Shown piece by piece: positions 1 through 11,300 of a DNA stretch of 64,000 bases (the stretch's first letter is position 1; each line of letters begins with the position of its first letter). Under the pieces are notes generated by a model that made no database searches, was not told where the DNA came from, and was given only the letters and a program-made list of their open reading frames with translations. The translations under genes and the position numbers were made by a program. The stretch is from an uncultured Chlamydiae bacterium (GTDB lineage Bacteria; Chlamydiota; Chlamydiia; Chlamydiales; SM23-39): positions 1,440,001 through 1,504,000 of the forward strand of contig CAWHDP010000002.1 of assembly GCA_963828125.1 (NCBI GenBank), in the 5' to 3' direction.

Positions 1-720
1 TTCTATAACCTCTTCTTTTTGATTGATCAGGTCAACAAACAGGTCGCGATGAGCCTCTATCAGCCCCTGTGTCGTTATGTTTTCTATGTGCACGGCTTCT
101 TGTAGATTTATGTTTTGAGACTCTAGAGAATACATGAGTGGCATTTCAGTTTTTAGTTTTTGAAGCCGCCGTGATTCCACCTCTACCTTAGACTGTGTTT
201 GCCCCTCTACCTCAGGAGGTACCAACTCTGATAAGCCTGTTGTCTGTAATACATCCGGCTGAGGATGTGATCGCGCAAGAGACGCCCTGGGTTGTGAAGG
301 CTCAACATAAGCAGGATTCATAGCTGGTGGCCGCAGAGGCAATGGTAGATAGCCTTCACGTTCTCCATCCACTCGTGCTTGTTGTGGCTGATGGGGTGGA
401 TTTTCCAATGGACTTTCTCCTGGTTCTAGTGAATGAACTTCTGGAGCCTTACCTGGTTCTACCTCCTCTTGCCCCGGAATGACATCCTGTTCTAAGGCCA
501 AGCCCACCCCTGAAGGCGGGTTCAGAACAACAACAGCAGCGGGGTTGAAAGGTGCAGCCATCGGACGATCCTCTAACTGAGGAAGCTTATTTAACGCCGC
601 CGCGATTTCTGCAACACGTGCCTGTCCCTCTGGTTCACGTGCCTGTTCTTCTGGTTCATCTAGACTGTTATCATTATTATTGTCAACTACATGCGCTTTT
701 TTTGGAAGACTGACATTCAT
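1..720 (-). CDS. Hypothetical protein, 5' part only (runs off the window); Pro/Glu/Gln-rich disordered N-terminus, possible secreted effector
   Basis: Not in the ORF track. Hand translation from ATG at 720 (MNVSLPKKAHVVDNNNDNSLDEPEEQAREPEGQAR...) stays open for 240 codons to position 1. Confidence 0.75.
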   Translation of the reverse strand, partial: MNVSLPKKAHVVDNNNDNSLDEPEEQAREPEGQARVAEIAAALNKLPQLEDRPMAAPFNPAAVVVLNPPSGVGLALEQDVIPGQEEVEPGKAPEVHSLEPGESPLENPPHQPQQARVDGEREGYLPLPLRPPAMNPAYVEPSQPRASLARSHPQPDVLQTTGLSELVPPEVEGQTQSKVEVESRRLQKLKTEMPLMYSLESQNINLQEAVHIENITTQGLIEAHRDLFVDLINQKEEVIE

Positions 721-930
721 GTTACACTCGCTTTAATATTTAATATATATCATTTTACCGCAACCAAACATTTAATTTATATTATTAAAAACAGATTCTA
801 TCCCTAATTGCGGATAGGCTCATGCGACGTTCCAACGGACAGATGCCATCCCTAATTGCGTGAAGATCGATTTTTCATGGACAAAAATCGCCTTTCCAAT
901 TAATTCAAGATCAAATAGATGAGGTGTTCC

Positions 931-1362
931 ATGAAATATTCTACTCTGTTATTGGCCCTTCTTTTGGCAAGCTGCGCGACCAACACTGGAACCGGAGTCA
1001 TTGCAGGCGGGGTCTTTGGCGCAAGCATTTGCGGGGCCACTTATGGCAGCAAAGGGGCCGTCATCGGCAGCACCGCAGCGATGATCACCTGCGGTCTCAT
1101 TGGCGCCGCGCTCGACGTGCAAGATCGGCGCATTATGGAAAAAAATAGCCCCCGCACAGTCGACCGGATGGATCGGGGAGAACCTCTCACCATCAATGAC
1201 GTCATCAAACTCAGCCAAAACGGCGTGAGCGATGACGCGATCCTCCGCTATATGCAGGACACCAGCAGCGCATATACCCTTACACAGGCTCAAATCCGCA
1301 GATTGCAAGACGCCGGAGTGAGCCAGCGGGTCATCAATGAAATGATCGCTGCCGGCAGATAA
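931..1362 (+). CDS. Glycine-zipper lipoprotein
   Basis: GAGGTG RBS before ATG 931, lipobox LLLASC, GxxxGxxxG zipper segment, then a helical domain (DVIKLSQNGVSDDAI...LQDAGVSQRVI). Confidence 0.75.
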   Translation: MKYSTLLLALLLASCATNTGTGVIAGGVFGASICGATYGSKGAVIGSTAAMITCGLIGAALDVQDRRIMEKNSPRTVDRMDRGEPLTINDVIKLSQNGVSDDAILRYMQDTSSAYTLTQAQIRRLQDAGVSQRVINEMIAAGR

Positions 1363-2409
1363 ATGTTGAACAAAAAGAAAAAACCGGTTACACAGTACAG
1401 GTCTACGGCGCATTCTAACCTGGCTAAGTCTATGTCGACCCAAATTGAAAACGATCCACCCTTTGACGATACTTTTTTCCAGCACAACCTCCCCCAGTAT
1501 TACCGGGCCATCCTGCGCGAATTCAGGCGAGTGACGCACGCTTTTGTCTCCTTCAATATCCTCTACTTCGCCATTTTTACAGCCGAGTTATTTCTCTTTT
1601 TCTTCTTTCTCCCTTTCCTTAACAAATCGGCTATCTTCGCTTTTGCTTTAGGGGGCCTTTTCCTCACCTGCTTTTCTTATTTCATCCTCCTATTCTATTT
1701 CCAAACCAAAAAGCCGGAACAATTGACTCAGCTGCGCGACCAATTTCTCGACTCGTGCCGGAGAGTCCTTTCACTCCCTCCAGGAGAGCCTCAACACCAC
1801 CTCTCTCTGGCCGACGCCCTCTCCAAACTGTCGGTCTATTTGCACGATTTTGAATGGAATTTCTACCAAGTGCCCAAATTTTTGCACCCCCTCTCAAAAT
1901 CGATCTCCCGCCTCTCCGCTTACTGCTACGGAGAGGACGTTTTTAAACTCAAGCTCCTCCTACTCCAAGCGGCCGTTGACGAACACCTCAAACAAATCCG
2001 GAATACCCCAACCGATTTAGAGGTCCATGCCTCTCTGGCAAACACCTACGTCGCCCTTTCGAAAATTTATAAAGAGACCCATTTCGCGGACAAACATCGA
2101 GCTGTCGCCCGTCTCGCCATCGAAGAATTCACCATTTTGGGACACTACGCCCCGAATGATTCTTGGGTTCATGAGCAATTAGCCATCGGCTACCGCGACC
2201 TCGACATGCCCGAAGAAGAGATGCGCGAAGTGGAGACCCTCCTCAAACTCCGCGCCCAAGACAAAGAAATTCTTTACCGCCTCGGCACTCTTTATTTCAA
2301 ACAGGGAATGAACGCCAAAGGACTCCAAATCTATGAAGAACTGAGGAGGGGAAATTTCAAAAAAGCCGAAGACCTGATGAGCGCCTATGGATCATTTTCT
2401 CCAAATTGA
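1363..2409 (+). CDS. Membrane-anchored TPR-repeat protein
   Basis: Two N-terminal hydrophobic helices and C-terminal TPR-like helices (VHASLANTY, VHEQLAIGY, ILYRLGTLY). True start may be ATG 1432. Confidence 0.7.
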   Translation: MLNKKKKPVTQYRSTAHSNLAKSMSTQIENDPPFDDTFFQHNLPQYYRAILREFRRVTHAFVSFNILYFAIFTAELFLFFFFLPFLNKSAIFAFALGGLFLTCFSYFILLFYFQTKKPEQLTQLRDQFLDSCRRVLSLPPGEPQHHLSLADALSKLSVYLHDFEWNFYQVPKFLHPLSKSISRLSAYCYGEDVFKLKLLLLQAAVDEHLKQIRNTPTDLEVHASLANTYVALSKIYKETHFADKHRAVARLAIEEFTILGHYAPNDSWVHEQLAIGYRDLDMPEEEMREVETLLKLRAQDKEILYRLGTLYFKQGMNAKGLQIYEELRRGNFKKAEDLMSAYGSFSPN

Positions 2410-2474
2410 AAAATTCCTCTTTTTTAAATATCGTCAAAGATTCTAATCTTATCCTTCGATAAACTAAAAGTTGC

Positions 2475-3677
2475 ATGCAAAAAGGACAAAGGCGCTCCCT
2501 CGTATCACTCTACTTGGCTTACTTTGCAGACTACCTGAGCTGGGGGGTAGCCATTGCCTTTTTGGCCGTCTATATTGCCACCGACGCCTCCCCCTTTCAT
2601 CATTTGTTCTGGAACCCCCAATTTTCCCTCGGCGTCGCCTTCGCCGCCTTTCCCATCGGCGAGGTGATCGGTTCTCCCATTTTGGGAGACCTATCCGATT
2701 GGATCGGAAGAAAAAAAGTGCTGATATGGGGATTTTGGGGATCCATCGCCAGCATGGCTATCTGCGCCTTTTCCCTCTGGATCGGCAATTTCGCCCTCTT
2801 CCTCTTCGCTCAGCTCCTCATCGGATTTTTTTCGGGTAAGCAGGCGATGGCTCAGGCCGCAATCGTCGAAATTCAGGCAGGAACAAAGGGACAAAAACTC
2901 GCCTTCCTCTCTGTCGTGGGGGGGATCGCCTGGATCTTGGGCCCCTTTTTAGGGGAAACTCTCATGCAAGAACCCTATATCTCCTACGGCGGATACGTCT
3001 GGCCCAGCATCCTCGCCGCAGCCATCTATTTCATCTGCCTCCTATGCACCCAATTTTTCTTTACCGACACCTATGAACCAAACCACCGGTCCCTCAACGC
3101 CGTCAAATTCCTCAAAACGATCGGCGACGTCTTTGTATTGACCTGGAAAGAACGGCTTTTCTTCATCTTCCTCGTCAATCTCCTCGGCTGGTATCTCCTC
3201 ATCGTCTCCCTCTCCAATTTTTTGATTGACCGATTCCACATTTCAGACGCGCAGATCGGCCTATACAATAGCTATCTGAGCCTCTGCTTCACCATCGGCG
3301 GCGTGATCGGCACCGCCTGGATCCTCCGAAGATATAAGGCAAAAAACATCCTCTTCTGGTCCCTGCTCGTCGGCTCGACCGGCCTCTTCCTCCTCTACCA
3401 TTCTGACCGGATCATCGAACTCTGGACTTACCTCGCCATTCCAGCCATCACCGAAGCTTGGATCTACCCAGCCTACCAAACCGTCCTCTCCGACCACACA
3501 AGTGAAAGAAACCAAGGGAAAATTTTCGGTCTCGTCGGCGCCACAAACGGCGCTTGCCAATTCGTGGCGTCGCTCATCCTAGCCGGAATCACAAGCGCCC
3601 ATTCAATCCTCATTGCGGCCCTCTTATTCTTAAGCAGCGCAGCTCTCCTCCCCGCACTCATTCGCAAAAAAACTTGA
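2475..3677 (+). CDS. MFS transporter (DHA1/TetA-like)
   Basis: 400 aa, about 12 hydrophobic segments, MFS motif A GDLSDWIGRKK. Confidence 0.9.
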   Translation: MQKGQRRSLVSLYLAYFADYLSWGVAIAFLAVYIATDASPFHHLFWNPQFSLGVAFAAFPIGEVIGSPILGDLSDWIGRKKVLIWGFWGSIASMAICAFSLWIGNFALFLFAQLLIGFFSGKQAMAQAAIVEIQAGTKGQKLAFLSVVGGIAWILGPFLGETLMQEPYISYGGYVWPSILAAAIYFICLLCTQFFFTDTYEPNHRSLNAVKFLKTIGDVFVLTWKERLFFIFLVNLLGWYLLIVSLSNFLIDRFHISDAQIGLYNSYLSLCFTIGGVIGTAWILRRYKAKNILFWSLLVGSTGLFLLYHSDRIIELWTYLAIPAITEAWIYPAYQTVLSDHTSERNQGKIFGLVGATNGACQFVASLILAGITSAHSILIAALLFLSSAALLPALIRKKT

Positions 3678-3726
3678 CGTTCCTCGTAAAAAAAATTATA
3701 ATCCTCTTTTTTTTACGAGGTGTACC

Positions 3727-5376
3727 GTGCGAGTATTGTTTTTTCTCTGGGCAGTCCAAGGATTTGCCGCATTTAATTTAACTTGGGGCGCTCCCGCCCT
3801 CAGCCTAGACAGCAATCCCCCCGAAGGCGATACCGATAGCAATGCAACGATAGCGATCGACCCAATGGGAAACGCCATGGCTACGTGGAGCCGTACCGCA
3901 AACCAAGGGGCTACCGAGCATATCTGGTCTGCAGTGTATAACCATTCTCTCAGAGTCTGGACAGGCGCCATTAAAGTTTCAGGCGTCGGCAGCGCCATGA
4001 ACTCGCAAGTCGCCGTCGACGCCTCTGGCAATATGACAGTGGTTTGGCAAGAAGGATTTCCCACCCAAATTTTATTTCGGACCCTCAGTTCAGGCGGCGT
4101 TTGGACGCCCGATCTCTCTAAACCGCCGGGCATCATACAAAAGTCGATCCATCCACAAAGCTTTCCCCAGATCTCCGTGGATGCAAAGGGGAACGCTGTT
4201 GCCGTCTGGATCGAATTTTATAAAGGGGCGAATCACCTCTATTCTGCTAAAAAACCTCTCGGAATTCCTTGGGTGTCTCTCGGGGAAATCACTGCCAGCG
4301 AACAAAGCGTTTCCCTAGTCCCTTCTAAAGCCCTTGTTCTGAATGAAACAGGCAGCGGAATTGCCGTTTGGGAAGAGGAGAGCAAAGAAGGTTCCGAAAT
4401 CCACGCCGCCAGGTTCGTTCAGGGCGCTTGGGCCCCTCCTGTGACCCTCGCAGCCATTAAAGGGAAAAAGGCCCACACCCCCTCCGTCGGCATCGATAAA
4501 ACCGGCGACGCAGTCCTCGTTTGGACTCAAGACAATGCCATTTTCGCCAAAACTCTCGTCGACGGGATTCTCTCTGTGGAGCCCCAAATCGTTTCGGATC
4601 CCGGTTATTTGGCTCAACATCCGCACGTAGCTGTCGACGCCGAAGGCAACGCAGTCGTCGTCTTTGAAAGGCACAATGCCCTCCACAAATTCATCGCCGC
4701 CGCTTCCCTCTCCAAAGAGAGCTCCTCCTGGACTGCGCCGATCGATATTTCTGGACCGAGTCCATTAGATTCAGCCTCCGCCGGCTATCCCGTCTTCTGC
4801 ATGAACTCCATTGGAGACGGAGTGGCGATTTGGAAAGAGTGGACCGGATCGAATATGGTGATCCAAGGGGCCGGATATTCTTTGGGCACTTGGTCTTTCA
4901 TCAAAACTTTATCGGCTCCCGACGCCCAGTCTGGGGCTGCCGTCCCCGCCTACGATATTGCCGTAGCCCTCAATAAAGCAGGCAATATTCTCGCCATTTG
5001 GCCCGAAGATCCGAGCGGAACCAAATCGTTGCAAATCAAAGCGACCGCCGGTGTGGGGCTGGCTAACGTAGGCCCTCTGCCGCCTATTGCCGATCCAGAG
5101 ACGATCTTCAGTGGCATTGTTTCCGGGAAACAGACGCTCCGTCGCTTCCCAGCTCACGCCGATCTGATCAATACCCTCTCCTGGACGTCGCCTGGAGGCG
5201 TCGCCCACTATAACATATACCGGGGAAACCTCTCTTCTCTGATCTCTACTACCACGGCGCTCCGTTTTGAGGACCACCGGAGAGTTCCCCAAAAAAGAGA
5301 GACCTACCTGATCACCTCGGTAGACCAAAACGGCCAAGAAAGTGGACCCATGACCATCATCGTCGATCCTCTTTGA
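3727..5376 (+). CDS. Secreted repeat protein (probable beta-propeller) with FN3-like C-terminal domain
   Basis: Signal peptide, about 8 copies of (I/V)x(I/V)DxxGNxxxVW, and a C-terminal LSW...YNIYR...YLITSVDQNGQES. Confidence 0.65.
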   Translation: MRVLFFLWAVQGFAAFNLTWGAPALSLDSNPPEGDTDSNATIAIDPMGNAMATWSRTANQGATEHIWSAVYNHSLRVWTGAIKVSGVGSAMNSQVAVDASGNMTVVWQEGFPTQILFRTLSSGGVWTPDLSKPPGIIQKSIHPQSFPQISVDAKGNAVAVWIEFYKGANHLYSAKKPLGIPWVSLGEITASEQSVSLVPSKALVLNETGSGIAVWEEESKEGSEIHAARFVQGAWAPPVTLAAIKGKKAHTPSVGIDKTGDAVLVWTQDNAIFAKTLVDGILSVEPQIVSDPGYLAQHPHVAVDAEGNAVVVFERHNALHKFIAAASLSKESSSWTAPIDISGPSPLDSASAGYPVFCMNSIGDGVAIWKEWTGSNMVIQGAGYSLGTWSFIKTLSAPDAQSGAAVPAYDIAVALNKAGNILAIWPEDPSGTKSLQIKATAGVGLANVGPLPPIADPETIFSGIVSGKQTLRRFPAHADLINTLSWTSPGGVAHYNIYRGNLSSLISTTTALRFEDHRRVPQKRETYLITSVDQNGQESGPMTIIVDPL

Positions 5377-5380
5377 GAGG

Positions 5381-8300
5381 TCAAAATTCGGGGCGGATGC
5401 TGTCTCGGTACCCGTAATTCCAACGGCGGAATTCTCGGGTCAGCGGGTTGTTGGGATAGCGACATCTCCGTTGGTGCTGTTCTTCAACACAAACATTGAC
5501 AAGTGGGAAGGGGAACATCTCAAAAATGGGCAACTTGTCAGATAGCTGTGCATCAGCTACCGCCATTTGATAGATAGCGTAGCGGAATGGAGCGGTGTTG
5601 ACAACAGGGACGACAGGAGTGGGGGAAGGGGACGGCGCCGTAGTGTCGTAATTCAAAATGGTGCCGGAATATATGAGCAAGCTCCGAATCGCATCTGGCG
5701 ATAGCCCTTTTGATGCAAGGGAAACGGCGTTCAATGGCCCTGGGGGATTGAATGTTCCAATGGCTGAATAATTTAACCCCGCGATGAAGTGGAGGGTAGG
5801 CGCCGTATACAGGGTGCCGAACGAGCTCAATATTTGGATCGGCCCGCTGTAAACGAGCAAATTGATGGTCTCGGTAATGATGGAGAGATTGGATTGGGCG
5901 ACTGTATCGCTCAGTGTGGCGCTCGTATCTAGCGCCATCGTGATATTGCCATATACAGTCATGGCTTCATGGTTTCCTATCACAAGTTGATCGCCAAAAA
6001 TCGAGACGTTATTCCCCCCAAAGCTGCTCACGATCGTCGCCACCTCCGTGGCTGCAGCTCGGTTCGCCGAAAGGAAAATCACCCCCCCAGTTCCAGACGT
6101 CGCTCCAGCCCCTCCCGATGCGACCAGATTTCCATTGCCGCTCAAATCGGCGTTGATGATGATCAACCCCTCGGGAAATCCCGCACTGACAGCATTCGTG
6201 GGTTGCAAAGAGATATTCCCAGCATTCCCCCCTAGAATCACTCCATCGCCTCCGGAGGTATTGATATTGCAGACAGAGACCGAGCCGTCGTCTGACACGA
6301 TGCTGACAGATCCTCCATCGCCGCCCACTCCAGCTAAAGGATCTCCTCCTTGGGTGAGAATTTGCCCCTGAAAAGTCACCGTTTGACTCGATTGGGCCGT
6401 CACAGATCCTCCAGCGCTGCCTGCAGAGCCGACCGTATTGACGTCTCCTGTGACTGTAATGTAGGAAAATCCCCCATCTATCATTAAGTTTTGATTTCCA
6501 GTAATCGTTCCCATGAATAGGATTCCGTCAACATCTCCTCCATTCATAAAGAGGGTGGACGCGTTGAGTAGAACATCGCCAGTATACGACATGGGGCCTG
6601 CAGTCACTGTTTGATTCCCTAAAGTGCTGATCGTTGAGCCCGTCACTGATAGGGAATTTAAAGGAGTGAGCGCCCCGACCGGAGCCAAGAAAATAACGGC
6701 CCCAGAACCGGCGTCGATAGTCAAACTATCTCCGCCGTCCACAGTGCTCCCCAAAGTGATCGTTCCTCCTGTTGAATTGAGGGACGCAGATCCATTAAGC
6801 TCTATCGACGATTGAAAAGAGATCTCTGCATTGGGTGTATTGACCGTAGATCCAAGAGCGACAGATCCCCCTCCGCTTTGAATCAAACTATTTCCCAAAT
6901 TAAATGTTGTACCAGGCCCGATCGTCAAAAGTCCTGTATTGGCGACTACAACAGATCCGTCTCCAGTCGTCGTCACGTCCCCATCAAACGTAATTGCATG
7001 GCTGTTTACCTCAATCCCTGAAGCCCCGTTTGTCTGTACACTAGACCCAAAAATCGTCGTGCCGGTTGTCGTTGTAGTCAATGAATTGAGCGGCATATGA
7101 CTCCCAACCGATCCGGACAAGGTGATCGGCCCAGCGCCTGCAGTGAGGGTCAACGCGTTTGAACCGTCGATCGCCCCACCAAAATCGATCCCCGCTAAGG
7201 TGGTGGTTGTAATGATCGAAGATTCATTCAAAGTCGTTTGAGCCACCCCAAACGCATCCAATGACGCCGCGCTGATATTGGCCCCGATGTTCCAGCCCCC
7301 TCCGGCTGTATTGGTCGTACTCACGGTCATCGCAAGGGTCGGCGTCGTGCCGCCGATGACGCCGCTCGTCGTAATAGGGGCGTTTCCAGCAGCAAGGGTG
7401 AAGCTATGGGCGCCATCGATGCTCGAGCCAAAATCAATACCGTTAACGCCCGTCGTCGTAATAATAGAAGGATTGATCAAAGTCGTTTTAGTAACGCCAT
7501 TTGCATTTAAAGAGAGAGCATTGATATTGGCGCCGATATTCCAACCGCCGCCAACTGTATTCGTCGTGGTGACCGTCATGCCCAAGATCGGGGTTGTGCC
7601 GCCGATAACGCCCCTTGTAGTAATAGGCCCCGCTCCCGCGGCAAGACCCAATCCAAAGGCCCCATCGACCGTGGCGCCCAAATCAATCCCACCAGCCCCT
7701 GTCGTCGTGATCGTCGAAGCGCCGATCAAGGTGATTTTATTCACACCAGTGGCGGTCAATGCCGCGGCGTTGACATTGGCGCCGATATTCCAACCGCCGC
7801 CAACTGTATTCGTCGTGGTTACAGTCAAAGAACTCAGCGGCGTTGCGCCGCCGATGACGCCGCTTGTCGTCACGGGGCCGATCCCTGCCGCCAACGTCAA
7901 GCCGAAGGTACCATTGATCGTCGAACCAAAACGAATGCCGCTCGCCCCCGTTGTCGTAATCACCGAACCACTTGTCAGTGTTGTGTTCGTCACTCCCGTC
8001 GCCGTCAAAGAGAGGGCGCTGATATTGGCGCCGATATTCCAACCGCCGCCAGTGGTATTGGTCGTAGTGACCGTCATGGCCCCAACCGGAGTCGCGCCGC
8101 CAATGACGCCGCTCGTAATCACAGGGCCGGTTCCTGCTGCCAACGTCAAACCGAAGTTGCCATCAACCGCCCCGCCAAAATGAATGCCGCTGGTTCCCGT
8201 TGTCGTAATGACTGACATACTTGTCAAAGTCGTTTGAGCGACGCCGGTGGCCGTCAAAGAGAGGGCGCTGACATTGGCGCCAATATTCCAGCCGCCGCCC

Positions 8301-11300
8301 GCTGTATTTGTCGTAGTGACGGTCATCGCCCCAACCGGAGTCGCGCCGCCAATGACGCCGCTCGTAATCACAGGGCCGGTTCCCGCCGCCAGGCCAAAAG
8401 TAAAGGCCCCATCGACCGTGGCGCCCAAATCAATCCCTCCAGCGCCTGTCGTCGTAATCGTCGAGCCGCCGGTCAAAGTGATCTGATTGACGCCCGTGGC
8501 GGTCAATGCCGCAGTACTGATATTCGCGCCGATATTCCAACCGCCGCCCGCCGTATTCGTCGTAGTCACAGTCAAAGAACTCAGTGGCGTTGCGCCGCCA
8601 ATGACGCCGCTCGTAATCACAGGGCCGGTTCCTGCTGCCAACGTCAAACCGAAGTTGCCGTCAACCGTTCCACCAAAGTCAATGCCGCTTGCCCCCGTTG
8701 TCGTAATGACCGAACCACTGGTCAAAGTCGTTTCCGCCACACCCGCCGCTGTCAAAGAGAGGGCGCTGACATTTGCGCCGATATTCCAGCCGCCGCCCGC
8801 CGTATTCGTCGTACTCACCGCCATCGCCCCGACCGGGGTCGTGCCGCCAATCGCGCCGCTTGTAGTAATCGGTCCTGTTCCCGCCGCCAGGCCAAAAGCA
8901 AAGGCCCCATCGACCGTGGCGCCCAAATCAATCCCACCAGCCCCCGTCGTGGTGATCGTCGAGGTGCCGATCAAGGTGATTTTATTCACACCGGTGGCGG
9001 TCAATGCTGCGGCGCTGACATTGGCGCCGATATTCCAACCGCCGCCCCCCGTATTCGTCGTGGCTACAGTCAAAGAACTCAGAGGCGTTGCGCCGCCGAT
9101 GACGCCGCTTGTCGTCACGGGGCCGATCCCTGCCGCCAACGTCAAGCCGAAGGTACCATTGATCGTCGAACCAAAATGAATGCCGCTCGCCCCCGTTGTC
9201 GTAATGACCGAACCACTTGTCAGTGTTGTTTTCGTCACTCCCGTCGCCGTCAAAGAGAGGGCGCTGATATTGGCGCCGATATTCCAACCGCCGCCAGTGG
9301 TATTGGTCGTAGTGACCGTCATGGCCCCAACCGGAGTCGCGCCGCCAATGACGCCGCTCGTAATCACAGGGCCGGTTCCTGCTGCCAACGTTAAACTGAA
9401 GTTACCATCCACCGCCCCGCCAAAATGAATGCCGCTGGTTCCCGTTGTCGTAATGACTGACGTACTTGTCAAAGTCGTTTGAGCGACGCCGGTGGCCGTC
9501 AAAGAGAGGGCGCTGACATTGGCGCCAATATTCCAGCCGCCGCCCGCTGTATTTGTCGTAGTGACGGTCATCGCCCCAACCGGGGTCGCGCCGCCAATGA
9601 CGCCGCTCGTAATCACAGGGCCGGTTCCCGCCGCCAGGCCAAAAGTAAAGGCCCCATCGACCGTGGCGCCCAAATCAATCCCCCCCGCCCCCGTCGTCGT
9701 GATCGTCGAGCCGCCGATCAAGGTGATTTTATTCACACCAGTGGCGGTCAATGCCGCGGCGCTGACATTGGCGCCGATATTCCAACCGCCGTTGCCACTA
9801 TTCGTCGTGGTGACAGTCAAGGAACTCAGCGGCGTTGCGCCGCCGATGACGCCGCTTGTCGTCACAGATCCAGTGCCGCCAGCTAAAGTCAGTCCAAAGT
9901 TACCGTCAACCGCCCCGCCAAAGTTAATGCCGCTCGCCCCCGTTGTCGTAATCACCGAATCACTTGTCAGAGTCGTTTGCATCACACCGGTTGCCGTCAA
10001 AGAGAGAGCGCTGATATTGGCGCCAATATTCCAGCCGCCGCCCACCGTATTGGCCGTACTCACCGTCATGGCTCCAACTGGGGTCGTGCCGCCAATGACG
10101 CCGCTCGTTGTCACGGGGCCGCTTCCTGCTGCCAACGTCAAACCGAAGCCGCCATCAATCGTTGAACTAAAAGCAATGCCGCCGGTTCCCGTAGTCGTAA
10201 TGACCGAACCATTTGACAAAGTCGTTTCCGTCACTCCCGTTGCAGTCAAAGAGGATGCGCTAATATTTGCACCGATATTCCAGCCGCCGCCCGCTGTATT
10301 CGTCGTACTCACCGTCATCGCCCCAACCGGGGTCGTGCCGCCAATCGCGCCGCTTGTAGTAATGGGTCCTATTCCCGCCGCCAGGCCAAAAGCAAAGGCT
10401 CCATTGACCGTGGCGCCCAAATCAATACCGCCGGCCCCCGTCGTCGTGATCGTCGAGGCGCCGGTCAAAGTCATCTTGTTCACTCCAGTTGCCGTCAACG
10501 CCGCGGCGCTGATATTGGCGCCGATATTCCAGCCGCCGTTTCCACTATTCGTCGTGGTTACAGTCAAAGAACTCAGCGGCGTTGCGCCGCCGATGACGCC
10601 GCTTGTCGTCACAGGTCCAGTGGCGGCCGCCAAAGTCAGTCCGAAGTTACCGTCCACTGTCCCACCCAGGTTAATGCCGCTCGCCCCCGTTGTCGTAATC
10701 ACCGAACCACTTGTCAGCGTTGTTTTCGTCACTCCCGTCGCCGTTAAAGAGAGGGCGCTGATATTGGCGCCGATATTCCAGCCGCCGCCGGTCGTATTGG
10801 CCGTACTCACTATCATCGCCCCAACTGGGGTCGCGCCGCCAATGGCGCCGCTTGTCGTCACCGGGCCGATTCCTGCTGCCAAGGTCAAGCCGAAGTTACC
10901 GTCAACCGCCCCACCAAGATTCATGCCGCTCGTTCCCGTTGTCGTAATGACTGACGTACCCGTCAAAGTCGTTTGAGTGACGCCCGTTGCCGTCAAAGAG
11001 AGGGCGCTGATATTGGCGCCGATATTCCAGCCGCCGCCCGCCGTATTGGTCGTATTCACCGTCATCGCCCCGACCGGAGTCGTGCCGCCGATGATACCGC
11101 TCGTAATAACGGGGGCCGTTTCAGCCGTCAAGCCAAAAGCAAAAGCCCCATCGACTGTGGAACTCAAATGAATCCCCCCAGCCCCCGTCGTCGTGATCGT
11201 CGAGCCGCCGGTCAAGGTGATTTTATTCACACCAGTGGCGGTCAATGCCGCGGCGCTGATATTGGCGCCGATATTCCAACCGCCGTTGCCACTATTCGTC

